Shown here piece after piece: positions 1-12,707 of a DNA stretch of 64,000 nt. Position 1 is the first letter of the stretch; every line of letters begins with the position of its first letter. Source of the DNA: Octopus sinensis. Taxonomy: Eukaryota. The position numbers and the translations under genes are program-made. The DNA lies in contig NC_042997.1 in NCBI RefSeq assembly GCF_006345805.1, forward strand, positions 167,648,001 to 167,712,000, in the 5' to 3' direction. The notes below the pieces were generated by a model. That model saw only the letters and a list, made by a program, of their open reading frames with translations, had not been told where the DNA came from and made no database searches.

Positions 1-924
1 TGGATGAGCATGAATAGTGAATAAGTGAGAGGGAGGAAAAGAAGTAGAAAATAAAAGTGAACAAGAGGGAGAAAGAGAGAGTAAAAATGAAATAGTAAAT
101 GAATATGAATACAGGCAAAAAGGTGAAAAATGTGGAGAGAGAGAGAGGGGGGAGACAGAGAGAAGGAGGGATAGAGAGAGTAAAAGAAATTATTGAAATA
201 AAAAATAGAAAGTTTAGTGGTGATGTAAAAAACCAGAAAGGGTACTAAGCAGAATGTGAGAGGGGCGGGGTAAATATAAAGAATTTAAAAAAAAGGAAAG
301 AGAGAGAATAAGACAGTGAGTATGTGTTACAAAAAGACAATTTTGCTCTTAAAGATTTGTTCTATAAGATGTCTAATGACTGTCTTTCATATCTCGCTAG
401 CTTCAGTGTCAGCAAATCGACTTATTTCCAGGTGCCTACTCTTCATGACACCAAAACACCACTGCAAACGGTTGGTTACTTGTCTGCTCCCATTCATTAC
501 GACACCAAAACACCACTGCCGGCTGTCAGTTACTTGTTTCCTGCTTACACTCCAAGGCACCGGAACATCCCTGTCAGCTGCTGTTTATTTCCTCAATGAT
601 TGATTTCACTGGTTTTGATTTGCTGCCAACTTTACTATGTCGGATATTAGTTTCGTTCACTTCCCCATCGCATTGATCATCTTCACTGCCATCCACCTCA
701 TCAGAGTCACATGACGATGAGCCTTCATACTCAAACATCCCTAAACTCTACAATAAAAAAAAAAAGAAAAGAATAACGAGGATGTCATTGATGATATTAA
801 TGCTGATGATGGTGATGACAATAATGTTGATGATGATGATGATGATGATTTCTTCTGACTTGACATAAAATGGCAAACAACTATTTTGATACCTAAGACC
901 ACCCTTGGTTCCATGATACAAACT

Positions 925-1272
925 TCATCATCATCATCGTTTAACGTCCGCTTTCCATGCTAGCATGGGTTGGATGGTTCAACTGGCATCTGGGAAGCCA
1001 GAAGGCTGCACCAGGCCCAGTCTGATCTGGTAGTGTTTCTACAGCTGGATGTTCTTCCTAACGCCAACCACTCCGTGAGTGTAGTGGGTGTTTTTTACGT
1101 GCCACCTGCACAGGTGCCAGATGAGGCTGGCAAACAGCCACGATTGGGTGGTGCTTTTTACATGCCACCGGCACGGAGGCCAGTCGGGGCGGCACTGGCA
1201 ACAGTCACGTTCAAATGGTTCTCTTACGTGCCACCGGCACTGGTATCACAGCTACAATTTCCATTGATGTTC
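925..1272 (-). mobile_element. RTE-associated 3' module / SINE-like copy with (GAT)n tail
   Basis: (CAT)n on +, followed by conserved gtttaacgtccgctttccatgctagcatgggttgg... and repeated tttacgtgccaccggcac units. Confidence 0.85.
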
Positions 1273-1883
1273 TATCCAAATTTCATGCTGATGTTCAAAA
1301 CACCGGCTTAAGTGTTTCAAATTTTTGTTGTCTCTTCCGCAAGACATCAGTTACAATTTAGCCTTTAAATCTCAGTCACTTTTAGTTCACTTCACATAAA
1401 TTATCATTATATACCCAACAGACCTTTATCACTTTGTGTATCTCCAGTCACTGTACATCTTCCACATTTACTGTTCATGTCTCACAACAGCTTCATAATA
1501 ATCTATTCTCATCCAATAAGAGGAACTGTTTATTGTCAATAGAGATAACAGCTTTACATCATACTAAATAAGCAGTTTACTATATTTAGTTTCATTATTC
1601 TTATGTCACCATCATTATTGTTTTAACATTCATGTTCCTATGCTTGTATGGATCGGATGAAATTTACTGAAGCAGATTTTCCTACAGCTAGATGCCTTCA
1701 CCTGTTTCCAAGTAAGGTAATATTTCTCCATTATCAGACTTGTTTTCACAGAAGACTGGAAACAAAAGACACCACTTGCATGACAGTGACACTTGCTTAC
1801 GACTATCACATGATGTCAAGAGGAGACAGTAACACACACACACACAGAAATATAATGTGTGTATGTATGTGTATATATAAATA

Positions 1884-2036
1884 GGCTTCTTTCAGTTCCC
1901 ATCTACCAGACCACTCACAAGGCTTTGGTCAGCCCAGGGTTGTAAAAGAAGACACTTGTCCAAGGTGCTACACAGTGAGACTGAACCTGAAACCAATATG
2001 GTTGGGAAGCAAGCACTGTACCACATAGCCATGCCT
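1884..2036 (-). mobile_element. tRNA-derived SINE fragment (family of 30592-30952)
   Basis: Reverse-complement match to the head and body of the 30592 SINE. Confidence 0.7.
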
Positions 2037-3517
2037 GAGTTTAAAATTCTGCCAGATAAAACTTTGGGTCCCCATTTCTGCAGAACTAATGAAATAAGCA
2101 GCTGTAATATTCTAATTCTATGGTTGATTCACTCTACTACCCGCTCCCTCCAAAAATTGGTCTTTAAACCTTTATATAATTCTGTGAATTGTTTGAAGGA
2201 GGAACTGTTCTATAAACTTACCGAACTCGTGATGAAAAGAAACAAGAGGAAGAAAAGGGTGATTAACACTTGAAAGTCAACCAATCATTCAAAAGCAAGC
2301 GTTTAAAAATTCTCCACCAACATATGTAAAAATGGGTGTATAAATAAAATAAAGGGAAAAAAACCACTTTAAACCTCAAAACGTTTAAAATTGAAGATAA
2401 AAGTAATTTGTAATAATAAGTGCAATTATAAGTTGTTATCGTCTGAGGTAAAATTTTCAAACAGGTTTTGGTAGTTCAAAGTAAAATTTACATCTCATTT
2501 TAGGTAGTTTAGTAGAGCTGTCATTAACCCATACACTGATTTTATTTAGGGTGGGAACCAGACAAAATGATACAGTTTAACATGTAACTGTACATGCTGA
2601 TAAAATGCATATATGTAAGTAAGACACTACACCAGTCAAAATATGCTCACATGTACATCGAACAGAAGTAGTTATGCATAACTACACACACACTCCTACA
2701 AGTGGTCGCTCAGGAAATGTTAGTCCGTTTAGATTGATCTCCCTTGCATTCTCTTCAGACTTTGCTAGCTTCCTGCTCTATGTAACAAATCATTTCTATT
2801 CAGTTATATTCTTTTACATTCTGAGTTTAAATCCCACCAAGATCGACTTTACATTTTCTCCTACTAGTGTCAGTAAGTACCAACTAAGTGCTGGTGTTGT
2901 TTAATATTTAATACACAATATTCTCTACCCCAAGATGTGGGGCCTTGTACCTAACCATATTAGAAATACTATTACAAAATATTATCATCATTATCATAGT
3001 TACCATTTCAATAACTTTATCATCATTTTCAGAAATATTTTCCATATTCAAGTTGGGAAGGTTCTCTTGGGACAATCTGGCATTAGCTTTTGCAATTTCA
3101 GGAATAAATTTCTGTACAGATTCTAAAACTGCAAGTAGAAGAAAGAATACAAATAAGTAAAAATATGAAGACATGCTAATTTATTTAATTAATAGTGGGG
3201 TGGTATATTATTATTATATTTTTTTTCTGTGCTGAAGTCAAGGTTTATTAATTATTTTTTTCTTTGAAAATTTTAAAAGAAGTTATATTGGATTAATAGT
3301 GTTATTAATACAATGTGAGGATAGGCGAAGTAGAGGTAGATACGTTATGATGCAATGAGCCATTATCCCAAACATGTATGTAGGCAATGTGCTTGAAGGT
3401 TGACAGTTGGACAACGAATGGCCAAGTAATGCAAGTAAAAGAAGTTCACAGTAGAGAAAGATAGAAATACTGAAAGCTGGTTTCAGGATGTTGGACCTCA
3501 TGAAGGAACTGATAAAA

Positions 3518-3750
3518 TCATCATCATCGTTTTCCATGCTAGCATGGGTTGGACGGTTCGACCGGGGTCTGGGAAGCCAGGAGACTGCACCAGGCTCCAG
3601 TCTGATCTGGCAGTGTTTCTACAGCTGGATACTCTTCCTAATGCCACCCACTCTATGAGTGTAGTGGGTGCTTTTTATGTGCCAGGCAACGGCCACAATC
3701 GGTTGATGCATTTTCCGTGCCACCGGCACGGAAGCCAGTCAAGGCGGTGC
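3518..3750 (-). mobile_element. RTE-associated 3' module copy
   Basis: Same conserved body and (CAT)n as 925-1272. Confidence 0.8.
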
Positions 3751-3844
3751 TACTGCAAAAATGGTAAGTTGCTGTACTGGGGAAGACTCATCATATCTGT
3801 GCTAACATTGAGAAATAGATGTGAAATAATCTTTTCTATGATAG

Positions 3845-4035
3845 GCTCAAAGCCTGAAATTTTGGGAAGAGGATGGGGCTAATCAATTATATTAGCCACA
3901 GTACTTAATTGGTACTTATTTTATCAACTCTGAAAGGATGAAAGGCAAAGTTGACCCCAATGGAATTTGAACTTAGAATGTAAAGATGCTAAGTGTTTAA
4001 CTTGGTGTGCTAACGATTCTGTCAGCTTGCTGCCG
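3845..4035 (-). mobile_element. Second SINE family (gcctttcatcctttc...aagtaccag central domain), decayed
   Basis: gtacttaattggtacttattttatcaactctgaaaggatgaaaggcaaag matches 18190-18418. Confidence 0.65.
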
Positions 4036-4963
4036 TGTCTCAGTGTAGGACTTGAGGCTCAAGATAACATTCACAACTGTTCTGGTGGGGGATGCACGCA
4101 TGCATGCATTCATTCATTCATTCATTCATACATACACACACACACACATACATACAGTATGCAGTGGGACTGAACCTGGAACCATGTGGTTGGTAAGCAA
4201 GCTACTTACCACACGGCCATCTCCTTGATTATTGTCAATGAAAGTCGTTCATTTCTGATATCCTGTGAAAACATATGGCCATGGGGAAATGTTACTTTGC
4301 TTGGAAATAGGTATGGGTTGGCAACAGGCAGTATAGAAAATCTACCTTAATAGATACCATCTGACTCATGCAAGCATGAAAATGTGGATGTTAAAATGAT
4401 GATGATGATGATAAATATAATAGACACCAGAAAGACACAGTGACTGTGAAGTGAAGTGATGGATAATAAATCAAATGGTCATGAGTTCAATTTTTATTTC
4501 AGCCAGTGTTATGCTTTTGGGTGAGGTACATATTTCTCCTTGCCTCTGTGTGCTTACAGGGGCAAGGACATTTATTTATCTAATAAAAACAAATGTTTTA
4601 ACAATATACATACATCAGAAATTTAAAACTCTCAACATTCATGACAGAAAGGGGATATGGTAAAACAGCGAAAAATAAATACTACAATTATTCTTGTTGT
4701 TGTTCTTGTTAATACATATTGATAATCTTCTATCTGAGATACCAAAACCTGAAAACCACAAAATCCAAAATTTGTTTTAGAGTAAGAGTCTCAAATGGAA
4801 AATTCCACAAACCATCTGATAGTCATTGCGCAATATATAGCTGTTGAAAGCCATGCATTGGGTTGTCAACTGTTCGGAGTGATCTTACTCACCTGGGTGT
4901 GTAGAAATTATTCAACTTTTATGTTGTAAGTGATGAATACAAGTTAAAAAAATTTTAGGAAAA

Positions 4964-5238
4964 CAGCCTCGCCTGGCCTCTGTGCCGGTGGCACGTAAAA
5001 ATCACCATCCGATTGTGGCCGTTTGCCAGCCTCATCTGGCACCTGTGCCGGTGGCACGTAAAAAGCACCCATTACACTCATGGAGTGGTTGGCATTAGGA
5101 AGGGCATCCAGCCATAGAAACACTGCCAGATCAGACTGGGCCTGGTGCAGCCTTCTGGCTTCCCAGACCCCAGTTACACCGTCCAACCCATGCCAGCATG
5201 GAAAGCGGATGCTAAACGATGATGATGATGATGATGAT
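4964..5238 (+). mobile_element. RTE-associated 3' module copy (2 array units)
   Basis: gtgccggtggcacgtaaaaa twice, conserved body, (GAT)n tail. Confidence 0.85.
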
Positions 5239-6233
5239 TGCATAAAACAAAAAATGAGGAACTTAATCCTGTATTGATGGAATGGATTTATTAATATATG
5301 CCACTTAATGAACCGATTATCATGAAACAAAAATCTATCACAACCAACTATCATGAAGGTGATTGTGAAAATTAACAAGTGTAGTAACAAAAATTTAAGG
5401 AAATGCAAAGTATTAAATATCTAAAGGATTGTAGTGAAAAAGCAATTGTGAGATTTGTGAATGAGTTTGCAAAAATCATTGTATAAAGCTGAAGAAATAT
5501 CACTATTTGAGCATTATTGCCCCAAGAAAACATCTTCTGCAGTTGATGAGTAACAGGAGTTTCAGATACCACAGAGAGATTATTTGTGCAGGGATGTGTT
5601 AATGCAGCAGGCACCTTTAAGTGCAAAGTTGCTGTGGTCAGCAAAAGCCTACATCATCACTGTTTTAAAAGTGTTAATATGTTATCAATACAATATTATA
5701 CTAACAAAAATACATGCATCACAAAAGACATTATTTTCTGCTTGATTTAACAAACACCTCATGCCCACAGCAGAGAATAAGGTGAGGATCCCAAGTACAA
5801 TATTTCATTATTCCTAGAACATTATTCTGTCTCCTTCTTGTCAAGCATCTGGCAAAAATAATGTTTATGCACTACACTTAATCACAAAGTGATGTCATTT
5901 ATTAAAGCAATAAATAAAGCATCCTTAGATCACTGAAAACTAAACATAAAGACACTTTCTTGAACAGTATATTGGAGCAGTGAATAGAGGTGTGGATGTG
6001 ATAGATATCCAAAAAGAGATTACTGAGAATGATGCTATATGTGCAATGGCAAATGCACAGGATTGAATAACTGAAGACACTCTTAAGCAAGTCTGATATA
6101 CTCTCTAGTCTACTACTAACCACGGTGGCAATGTTAGATCTCCTTACTTCTGCAGAAAGTATACTGTCAGAATCCATCAACAAGCAGAAGGAAGTGGATA
6201 TTGAATAAGATTTTAATATAAATAAAGATACTA

Positions 6234-6450
6234 AAGAGGTGAGCTGGCAGAATCATTACCATGCCAGACAAAATGTTAGCATTTCTTCCGAATTTATGTT
6301 CTAAGTTCAACTGCTCCCAGGGCCAACTTTGCCTTTCGTCCATTCAGGGTCAATAAAATAAGTAGCAGTTAAGAACTGGGCTTGATGTAATTGACTTAAC
6401 TCACTCCACTTGAAATTGCTGGCCTTGTGCCAAAGTTTGAAACCAATATT
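6234..6450 (+). mobile_element. Second SINE family copy
   Basis: ggtgagctggcagaatc head and ctttgcctttcgtccattcagggtcaataaaataagta domain. Confidence 0.65.
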
Positions 6451-6958
6451 ATTAATGAAACTATAGCAGCAAGCTGGTAGAATCATTAACATACCAGGCA
6501 AAATGCTTAGCAACATTCTTTTTGTTTTTATGTTCCGTGTTTGAATTCTGCTGATGTTGAAGTAATAGATTTACTCCATCCCCAAAATTTGAACCCAATA
6601 TTAAAAATGATACTCCAGTTGCTCAAGCTGTGACCAATGATGAAAGAAGTTTGTAAGCAATAATCATCTTCATCAACGAAGATGACATGAAGAAAACAAT
6701 GGAAAAGATGCTTCTAGATAACACGGTGAAAATGTGTAATTATCTTATTGAAGTACTAGAGCAGCAAGAATTTGTAACAAAAAAATCACAACAGTGAATA
6801 AAATAAAAGAGAAACTTCTATGAAAGAAATTGCTGTTAAAGAAGTAGGTGTCACTTGAAGAATCATCATAAAAAGCCATCAAATACAGTGCTACCACATC
6901 CTCAGAGTATCTGTTTTCTCAACCACCTCTGATTTTCATTCTTGGTACATAGAAAATA

Positions 6959-7470
6959 CCGTAAATCCTCGAGTATAGTCCACCTTTGAGTATAATAAGC
7001 AGGGGATTTTTAGAGGGCTGTAACTATGAAAAACCTAAACCTTGTGTATAATATGCACCCCTTCTCAAACTTGAGTCAAGGAGGTCTATATAATGTCCTT
7101 GGTTCGTAAAAATGTATACGGTAACGTCCTTTATTATTATTGTACATATAACATAATGCAAGCGTGTAGCTTTTTTGTGCATTTTGTTGGCAGAAACTAA
7201 AGAAATAACAGTAATAACGTTTAATAAATGTTGCTAACTGCAAGTTATGGGTGATTCTTTTATGACTTCATTGCTTTCTGGCTTAGCTTAAGGTATTTTC
7301 GCACCCGACATCACAAAATGCATCTGACTAAACATAGCCAGACAGCAAATAGAGACTCAGACATTGCTTAGAAAATAATTTTCATTTTTAACTTCATATA
7401 TTGTACGCACATGGGATTTTGACCTTTAAATTTTGGGAAAAAAGTGTGGATTATACTTGAAGATTTACGG
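6959..7470. mobile_element. Tc1/mariner-pogo type MITE
   Basis: TIRs ccgtaaatcctcgagtatagtccac / gtggattatacttgaagatttacgg with TA on both sides. Confidence 0.85.
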
Positions 7471-7769
7471 TATTACTTTTACACGAAATCAGAATTCTAG
7501 CTGAACTTAAATGCAATCCACGTGTGTAACAAGACTACTTGAAGTGCAATCATTGCACAACAAAAGAAAAAAGAACTTTTTACCCGTTTTCACTGTATTT
7601 TCATGTCATCAAGTTCCATACTTGTACATAACATAACCTGTCATTCAAAATACATCGTAGGAGGAGACAAAAGGCTCATTGAGCTTTCTCACAATGATGC
7701 CATCCCCCTCTGACTTAAGGTTACTATGCATGATTTGGCTGTAAAGTTTGGTGCTGCATTTATCTTTAA

Positions 7770-8151
7770 CTAGCAGTATTGCCTGTCATTGCTCGGGTTT
7801 GTTTCGACCCTTTAGAATTGGAATTTTTGAAAAGTAAAAATTTTGCATTATGTAGCTTGTTATTCTCTTTAAGTGAACATTTTTCTAGTTGAAATACACC
7901 GAAAAATGGCGACACAGCAATAAAAAAATAGGGATTTTCATAGAAAAAAAGCATCTTTTTGATGTAAATAATTTTTGGTGTTAACATGGTCTGATTTGAA
8001 TTTTTTCTTCTACGGAAGGAAGAGTAAGCCTTCTTCTATCATACTCTTAATTTTGGTCAACTTGTGCCGCAGGGTCTCGGAGGAGATAATGTTAGTTGAA
8101 GACTACCAAACCTGCCATACACAGATAACTTCAGCTTTATATATATAAAGA
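7770..8151 (-). mobile_element. Non-autonomous Helitron
   Basis: Minus strand starts A|TCtttatatatataaagc and ends cccgagcaatgacaggcaatactgCTAG|T; inserted between A and T. Confidence 0.8.
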
Positions 8152-8664
8152 TTTATAAGCAGCGATCATAATCTTTTTCTGGTACAGAGAGAGTAAGTAC
8201 TATACAAAACGTTGCTTTTATGAAACCTGTATTTCAAATCTACACATAAATCCATGTGAACCAAATATGACCAGCATCATTACCTGCAAAATGTCTATCT
8301 AATATCATTAGAAATTTTATAAAAAGTATATAAAACTACTTTCATTGTATATGGGCTTGAGTTCCGTCACCAAGCTGTCCCGTTTTAAATATGTAATATC
8401 AAAACCATTTCGAAATCTGCAAACATCTGAAATCCCGAACACCAGGTTGCAAGCATTTTGGATACAGGATTCTCATCCTATATCTATGTGATTACTTGTA
8501 TGTAATTTTATGGCAGACTGGAAATGTAAGGGAGGTAAATCTAGTCACACTAATTTTTTTTTTAATGGCTGAAGAAAATGCAAGGGAAATAAATCTATCC
8601 AAATTTATTTTAGTCCATTTCGAGCATATTTACAGAATTGTCCTGTAAATATGCTAGAAAGCTA

Positions 8665-9790
8665 CCGGGTGTTCGGACTAAATTTTACGATTTTTTATGT
8701 CTCCCTCTTCAGGAACAGTTTGATGTATTCGTTAACAGCGTTGGAGGGCATAAAGATTAAAATTATAACCGAGAAAAAGCTGACATGAAGGACTGGAAGT
8801 CATCTGAAAATTGGAAAAAGAGCTACCTTGTATCATGATTATAATACCAGGTATCAAAATGCTGACATCATAACTTCTGCTCAATGCTCTCTGGACATTG
8901 TAAAGGCTGTAAGGTGTGATATGGACTGCTGCAACAGAGGCTACGAAGACGTGGCCAGCAGGAAGAGACACAACAGGAGTCGTGACTGTTTCCACATGCA
9001 AGAATTTATCCAATAACTGCAGGACAATGTGATGGAAGATCCACGCAAGGAAATCCAGGCTTGGGGGGGAGGGAGAGAGAGAGAGAGAGCGAGAGAGAGA
9101 AAGATGGGTGTAGGAGTCGCCACCATGATGCTGGCCTTGGATGTGGACCTTTGCTACCACAGGTACAAGAGGGCCATATGTGTGGCAGCAGGATTTCACA
9201 TACCTCTGGTAAAGAACAGAAGTAGGTGTCGGAGAATTTCTACTTCACCAGCCCTCATTTCTCGCCTCCTAATTTCCCTGATTGTATCCAATGGATTACT
9301 GTGTAGGGGACAACTGTTGTGAAAGACACCAATCGTTCCACCTGCAACACCAGCCATTCAAGAATTTGGACCTGGAGATCTCCATTTCCAGCGACTTCGA
9401 GGGCCACCTCCCAGTGGTGTCAGGCGTCAACGAAGAGCCCTCGATTACAAGATGACCAAAGTTTTTTTTTTCTAAGGTCTGGGGTCACCCGGCCCTAAGC
9501 CCTTACCCGTCTTATTGCTTAACAACAACAACAACAACAACCTGCAACACCAAGGCTGAGCTGGTGGCCAAAATCAGGGAGGTGTTTGAAGATCTTCCCA
9601 AGGACACAAAAAGGAATGCACGCACCAGGTTCCAGAGCTGTCTTGCTGCTGTGGTGGAAGCAGAGTAAGGCCACTTTGAGCAATCAGTTATTTTCTACCA
9701 TAATTTGGTAGAAAATAACAGATGTAAATTACTTATATTTTTGGATAAGATATTGTTTTCTTTTCCGTCAAATTTATCCCAAACACCTTG
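8665..9790 (+). mobile_element. Internally deleted Tc1/mariner (DD37D/maT-like) element
   Basis: Degenerate ~25-bp TIRs (ccgggtgttcggactaaattttacg / cgtcaaatttatcccaaacaccttg); decayed transposase pieces (RKRHNRSRD..EFIQ; PPNFPDC; NTKAELVAKI). Confidence 0.7.
9353..9539 (+). mobile_element. 5'-truncated retroposon 3' end with (AAC)n tail, inserted in the mariner
   Basis: Perfect 13-bp TSD acctgcaacacca at 9340-9352 and 9540-9552. Confidence 0.8.
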
Positions 9791-10348
9791 CATAGTCATC
9801 ACAGAAAGCTTTAATAAAAATACTACTGTCAGTGGAAGTTAAACGAAGCCTCGGGGTTGAATTGATAAAGTTCTGTAAGAAGTGTAGGCTCACAGATCCA
9901 GAGGCCAACCCTCAAGGAAAGGTACATGCGCCAACAGAAAAATGATTATATGAAGCCCCCAGTGAGGAATGAACTCGTAACTGAAATACATACCTGTCAA
10001 TTTTATTGTGCTTAGTTCATTGAACTTTTGGGCATTAAGTGCTTTGACTACAGAAATAATGCAGTTCCAGTAACATTGGGACTTCAGTACCTCTTGTATT
10101 TGTCCAGCTATTTTTGTTCAGTTTTCTTTTAACATTTTTTTTTACATTATCAAATGTAGGCATACATATATAAATGTCTATGAAATATCAGTTACGTATC
10201 ATTACGAAACGAAGAAAAAAAAAATACAAGGGAGACAAATGTAGGCGGGTTCATTTTTTTTTTCCACATTTAAATGTAAATACAGGTTTGTATGAACACT
10301 TTCCAGGCATGGAAACAAAACTCCCCAAAATTTTCAGCCTAAGGTGGT

Positions 10349-11199
10349 GATGGATGTGTAATGTCAGTGTTCATACTCGACAGAGTGTAAGTACCTTGAG
10401 AGAAAAGCTGGACCTAAGAAGCATCAGTTGTGGTGTGCAAGAGAGACGTTTGCACTGGTATGGTCATGTGGCAAGAATGGATGAAGATAGTTGCGTGAAA
10501 AAGTGCCACACCTTAGCGGTTGGGAACCTGTGGAAGAGGCAGACCCAGGAAAAAACGGGACGAGGTGGTGAAGCACGACCTTCGAACTTTAGGTCTCACT
10601 GAGGAAATGACTAGAGACCGAGACCTTTGGAAGTATGCTGTGTGTGAGAAGACCTGGCAGGACAAGTGAGACCATAACCCGCGGGCTCTACACGGGATGG
10701 AGCCAGCCCACTTATGCATACCTTTCCTTCTTGGGACACAAAACTCTACATGTGAAGACCTGATGAGGCAAGTGAGAATCGAAATCGATCAACATCAATG
10801 GAAATTGCAGCTGTGATACCAGTGCCGGTGGCACGTAGGAGAACCATCCGAACATGGCCGTTGCTAGCGCTGTTCTGACTGGCCTTGTGCCGGTGGCACA
10901 TAAAAAGCACCATCCCTCCGTGGCTGTTGCCAGCCTCGCCTGGCTCCCGTGCCGGTGGCACGTAAATAGCACCATCCGATCGTGGCCGTTTGCCAGACTC
11001 GTCTGGCACCTGTGCCAGTGGCACGTAAAAAGCATCCTCTACACTCACGGAGTGGTTGGCGTTAGGAAGGGCATCCAGCCATAGAAACATTGCCAGATCA
11101 GACTGGGCCTGGTGCAGCCTTCTAGCTTCCCAGACCCCAGTTGAACCGTCCAATCCATGCTAGCATGGAAAGCGGACGCTAAACGATGATGATGATGAT
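10349..11199 (+). mobile_element. 5'-truncated RTE LINE: ORF C-terminus, 3' tandem-array module and (GAT)n tail
   Basis: LREKLDLRSISCGVQERRLHWYGHVARMDEDSCVKK (RTE RLRWxGHV motif), then four ~63-bp array units. Confidence 0.9.
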
Positions 11200-11203
11200 G
11201 GTA

Positions 11204-12661
11204 CTAGCAGAGATACCCAGCATTGCTTGTGTTACATGCAATTGAAGAATTAGACTTTTCTGTTATATTTTCTGTAATGAACTGGAATACCTATGATTCG
11301 AATTTCATCAAAATTGCAGATGAGGATTATTTCCCTCTTAACACACCCTAAAAAATTGTAATCATGACACATATATTGCATACTACTGATTTTTATGCGC
11401 ATATTCTAAAATTCCAGTCTTATAGAACCAACCTGTTAAAAGGATTTTGCTCCTGAAAAATGGATGTCATTGAGCTCTAAAATGTGGGAGTTAAGGCCCC
11501 TATTGGGGGTGGGTGTCTTAATGTCAACCAGAGAAGTTGAATTGTTGAGAATCTTTTTAACTTGGGTCTTATATCTATTGTTTGAATTTCTTTGAAATAG
11601 GAAATATATGTATGTTCACTGGGTTTACAAAAGAGAGCAAAGCTACAGGAAACCAAAAGACGAATTATCACAATAAGCAGTCAGCTACCGCACCCTAGTC
11701 ATTATCACTCCCAATGTAGGATTCCTCACTATACAGGTGACAGGCACAGCCGTAAGATGCATTACAGATCTATAGCAATTGGAAGGGTGTGACTTAACTG
11801 AAATAAACATTAACGACTGTGTGACGTGAGGGCTAAGGAGAAATGAAAGTGTCACGTTTGTAGTTTGCAAATGACCACTATACTGATACGTAACTGGACA
11901 GAATAAATTTACAATCTATAAATGTCTTTGAATAACCAGTCACTCATCTGGGAAGGCCTTGAAATCAATGTTACCATGTGGGGACTATGTGTTGACCCAG
12001 TGATAATAAAAAGACTGAAAGGAGGTCTGCAACCAAATAACTTTACTCAACACTTTGCAACTGAATCAGTGGAGGCAAAGATGCCTCCCATTTACTTCAC
12101 AATTTATGCACCACATTGCAGAAATCACAATCTAAGTATATCTCAAAACAAACTCTTACACTGTTGTACCATTGAATTACAAATAATGCTCATCTTTTAT
12201 GCTCAGCTGACCCTACAGCTTCCAAGAGTATAAATGTATTCGTCTTTGCATAGATAAAATGACAAAACACACACACACACATATACATAGGTGCAGGTGT
12301 GGCTGTGTGATAACAAACTTGGTTCAAAAACAAATGGTCCTGGGTTCAGTCCCACTGTGTGGTGACTTGGCATGTGTCTTCTGCCATAGCCTCATCCAAC
12401 CAAAGCCTTGTCAGTGGATTTTGTAGACAGAAATTGAAAGAAATCAATCGTACATATATGTATGTATATATGTAAGTCTATGTGTGTCTTTGTTTCTGTC
12501 TTTCTCCCTCAATCACTACTTCACAACTGCTGTTCGTTTATTTACATCCCCCATAACTTACAGGTTTCACAAGAAGAAACTGTTAGAATTATGAAAATAA
12601 ACAAGCACTAGGCAGTGTCTCATATTTTTGTTTGCCCATTCAGTTGTATCTATCAATTTAT

Positions 12662-12707
<46 letters not shown>

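Larger units (their letters stand above)
4730..8481 (+). mobile_element. Decayed pogo/Tigger DNA transposon, interrupted by younger inserts
   Basis: Around 5592-5735 it translates GCVNAAGTFKCKVAVVSKSLHHHCFKSVNMLSIQYYTNKNTCITKDI (DDE_1/Tigger-type); right end caagcattttggatacaggattctcatcct resembles a Tigger TIR. Confidence 0.7.

Noticed and set aside
1-315. Strongly purine-skewed tract
   Set aside because: Low-complexity GA-rich sequence with no structure or ORF support.
700-745. atgacga-tgag..ctc-aaac, a possible decayed hammerhead after a ~54-bp tandem duplication (441-545)
   Set aside because: Both core halves are mutated and no helix I is evident.
970-1311. Recurrent [49 protein letters not shown] (also 10746, 15430, 32150, 33592)
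   Set aside because: Antisense reading of the repeat module with TTG starts and variable frameshifts; not a gene family.
9478-9515. ccggccctaagccc resembling the twister ribozyme core
   Set aside because: The downstream GAGGG pseudoknot partner and P1/P2 helices could not be found.
10754-10796. CTGATGA...GAAA-tcga-TC hammerhead-like string
   Set aside because: No helix I or II pairing; related copies read cctgttg, so the core is a chance mutation in the RTE 3' UTR.
10822-11035. CRISPR-like array of palindromic repeats with ~38-bp spacers
   Set aside because: The spacers are homologous to each other, there are no cas genes, and the array lies inside a eukaryotic retroelement.
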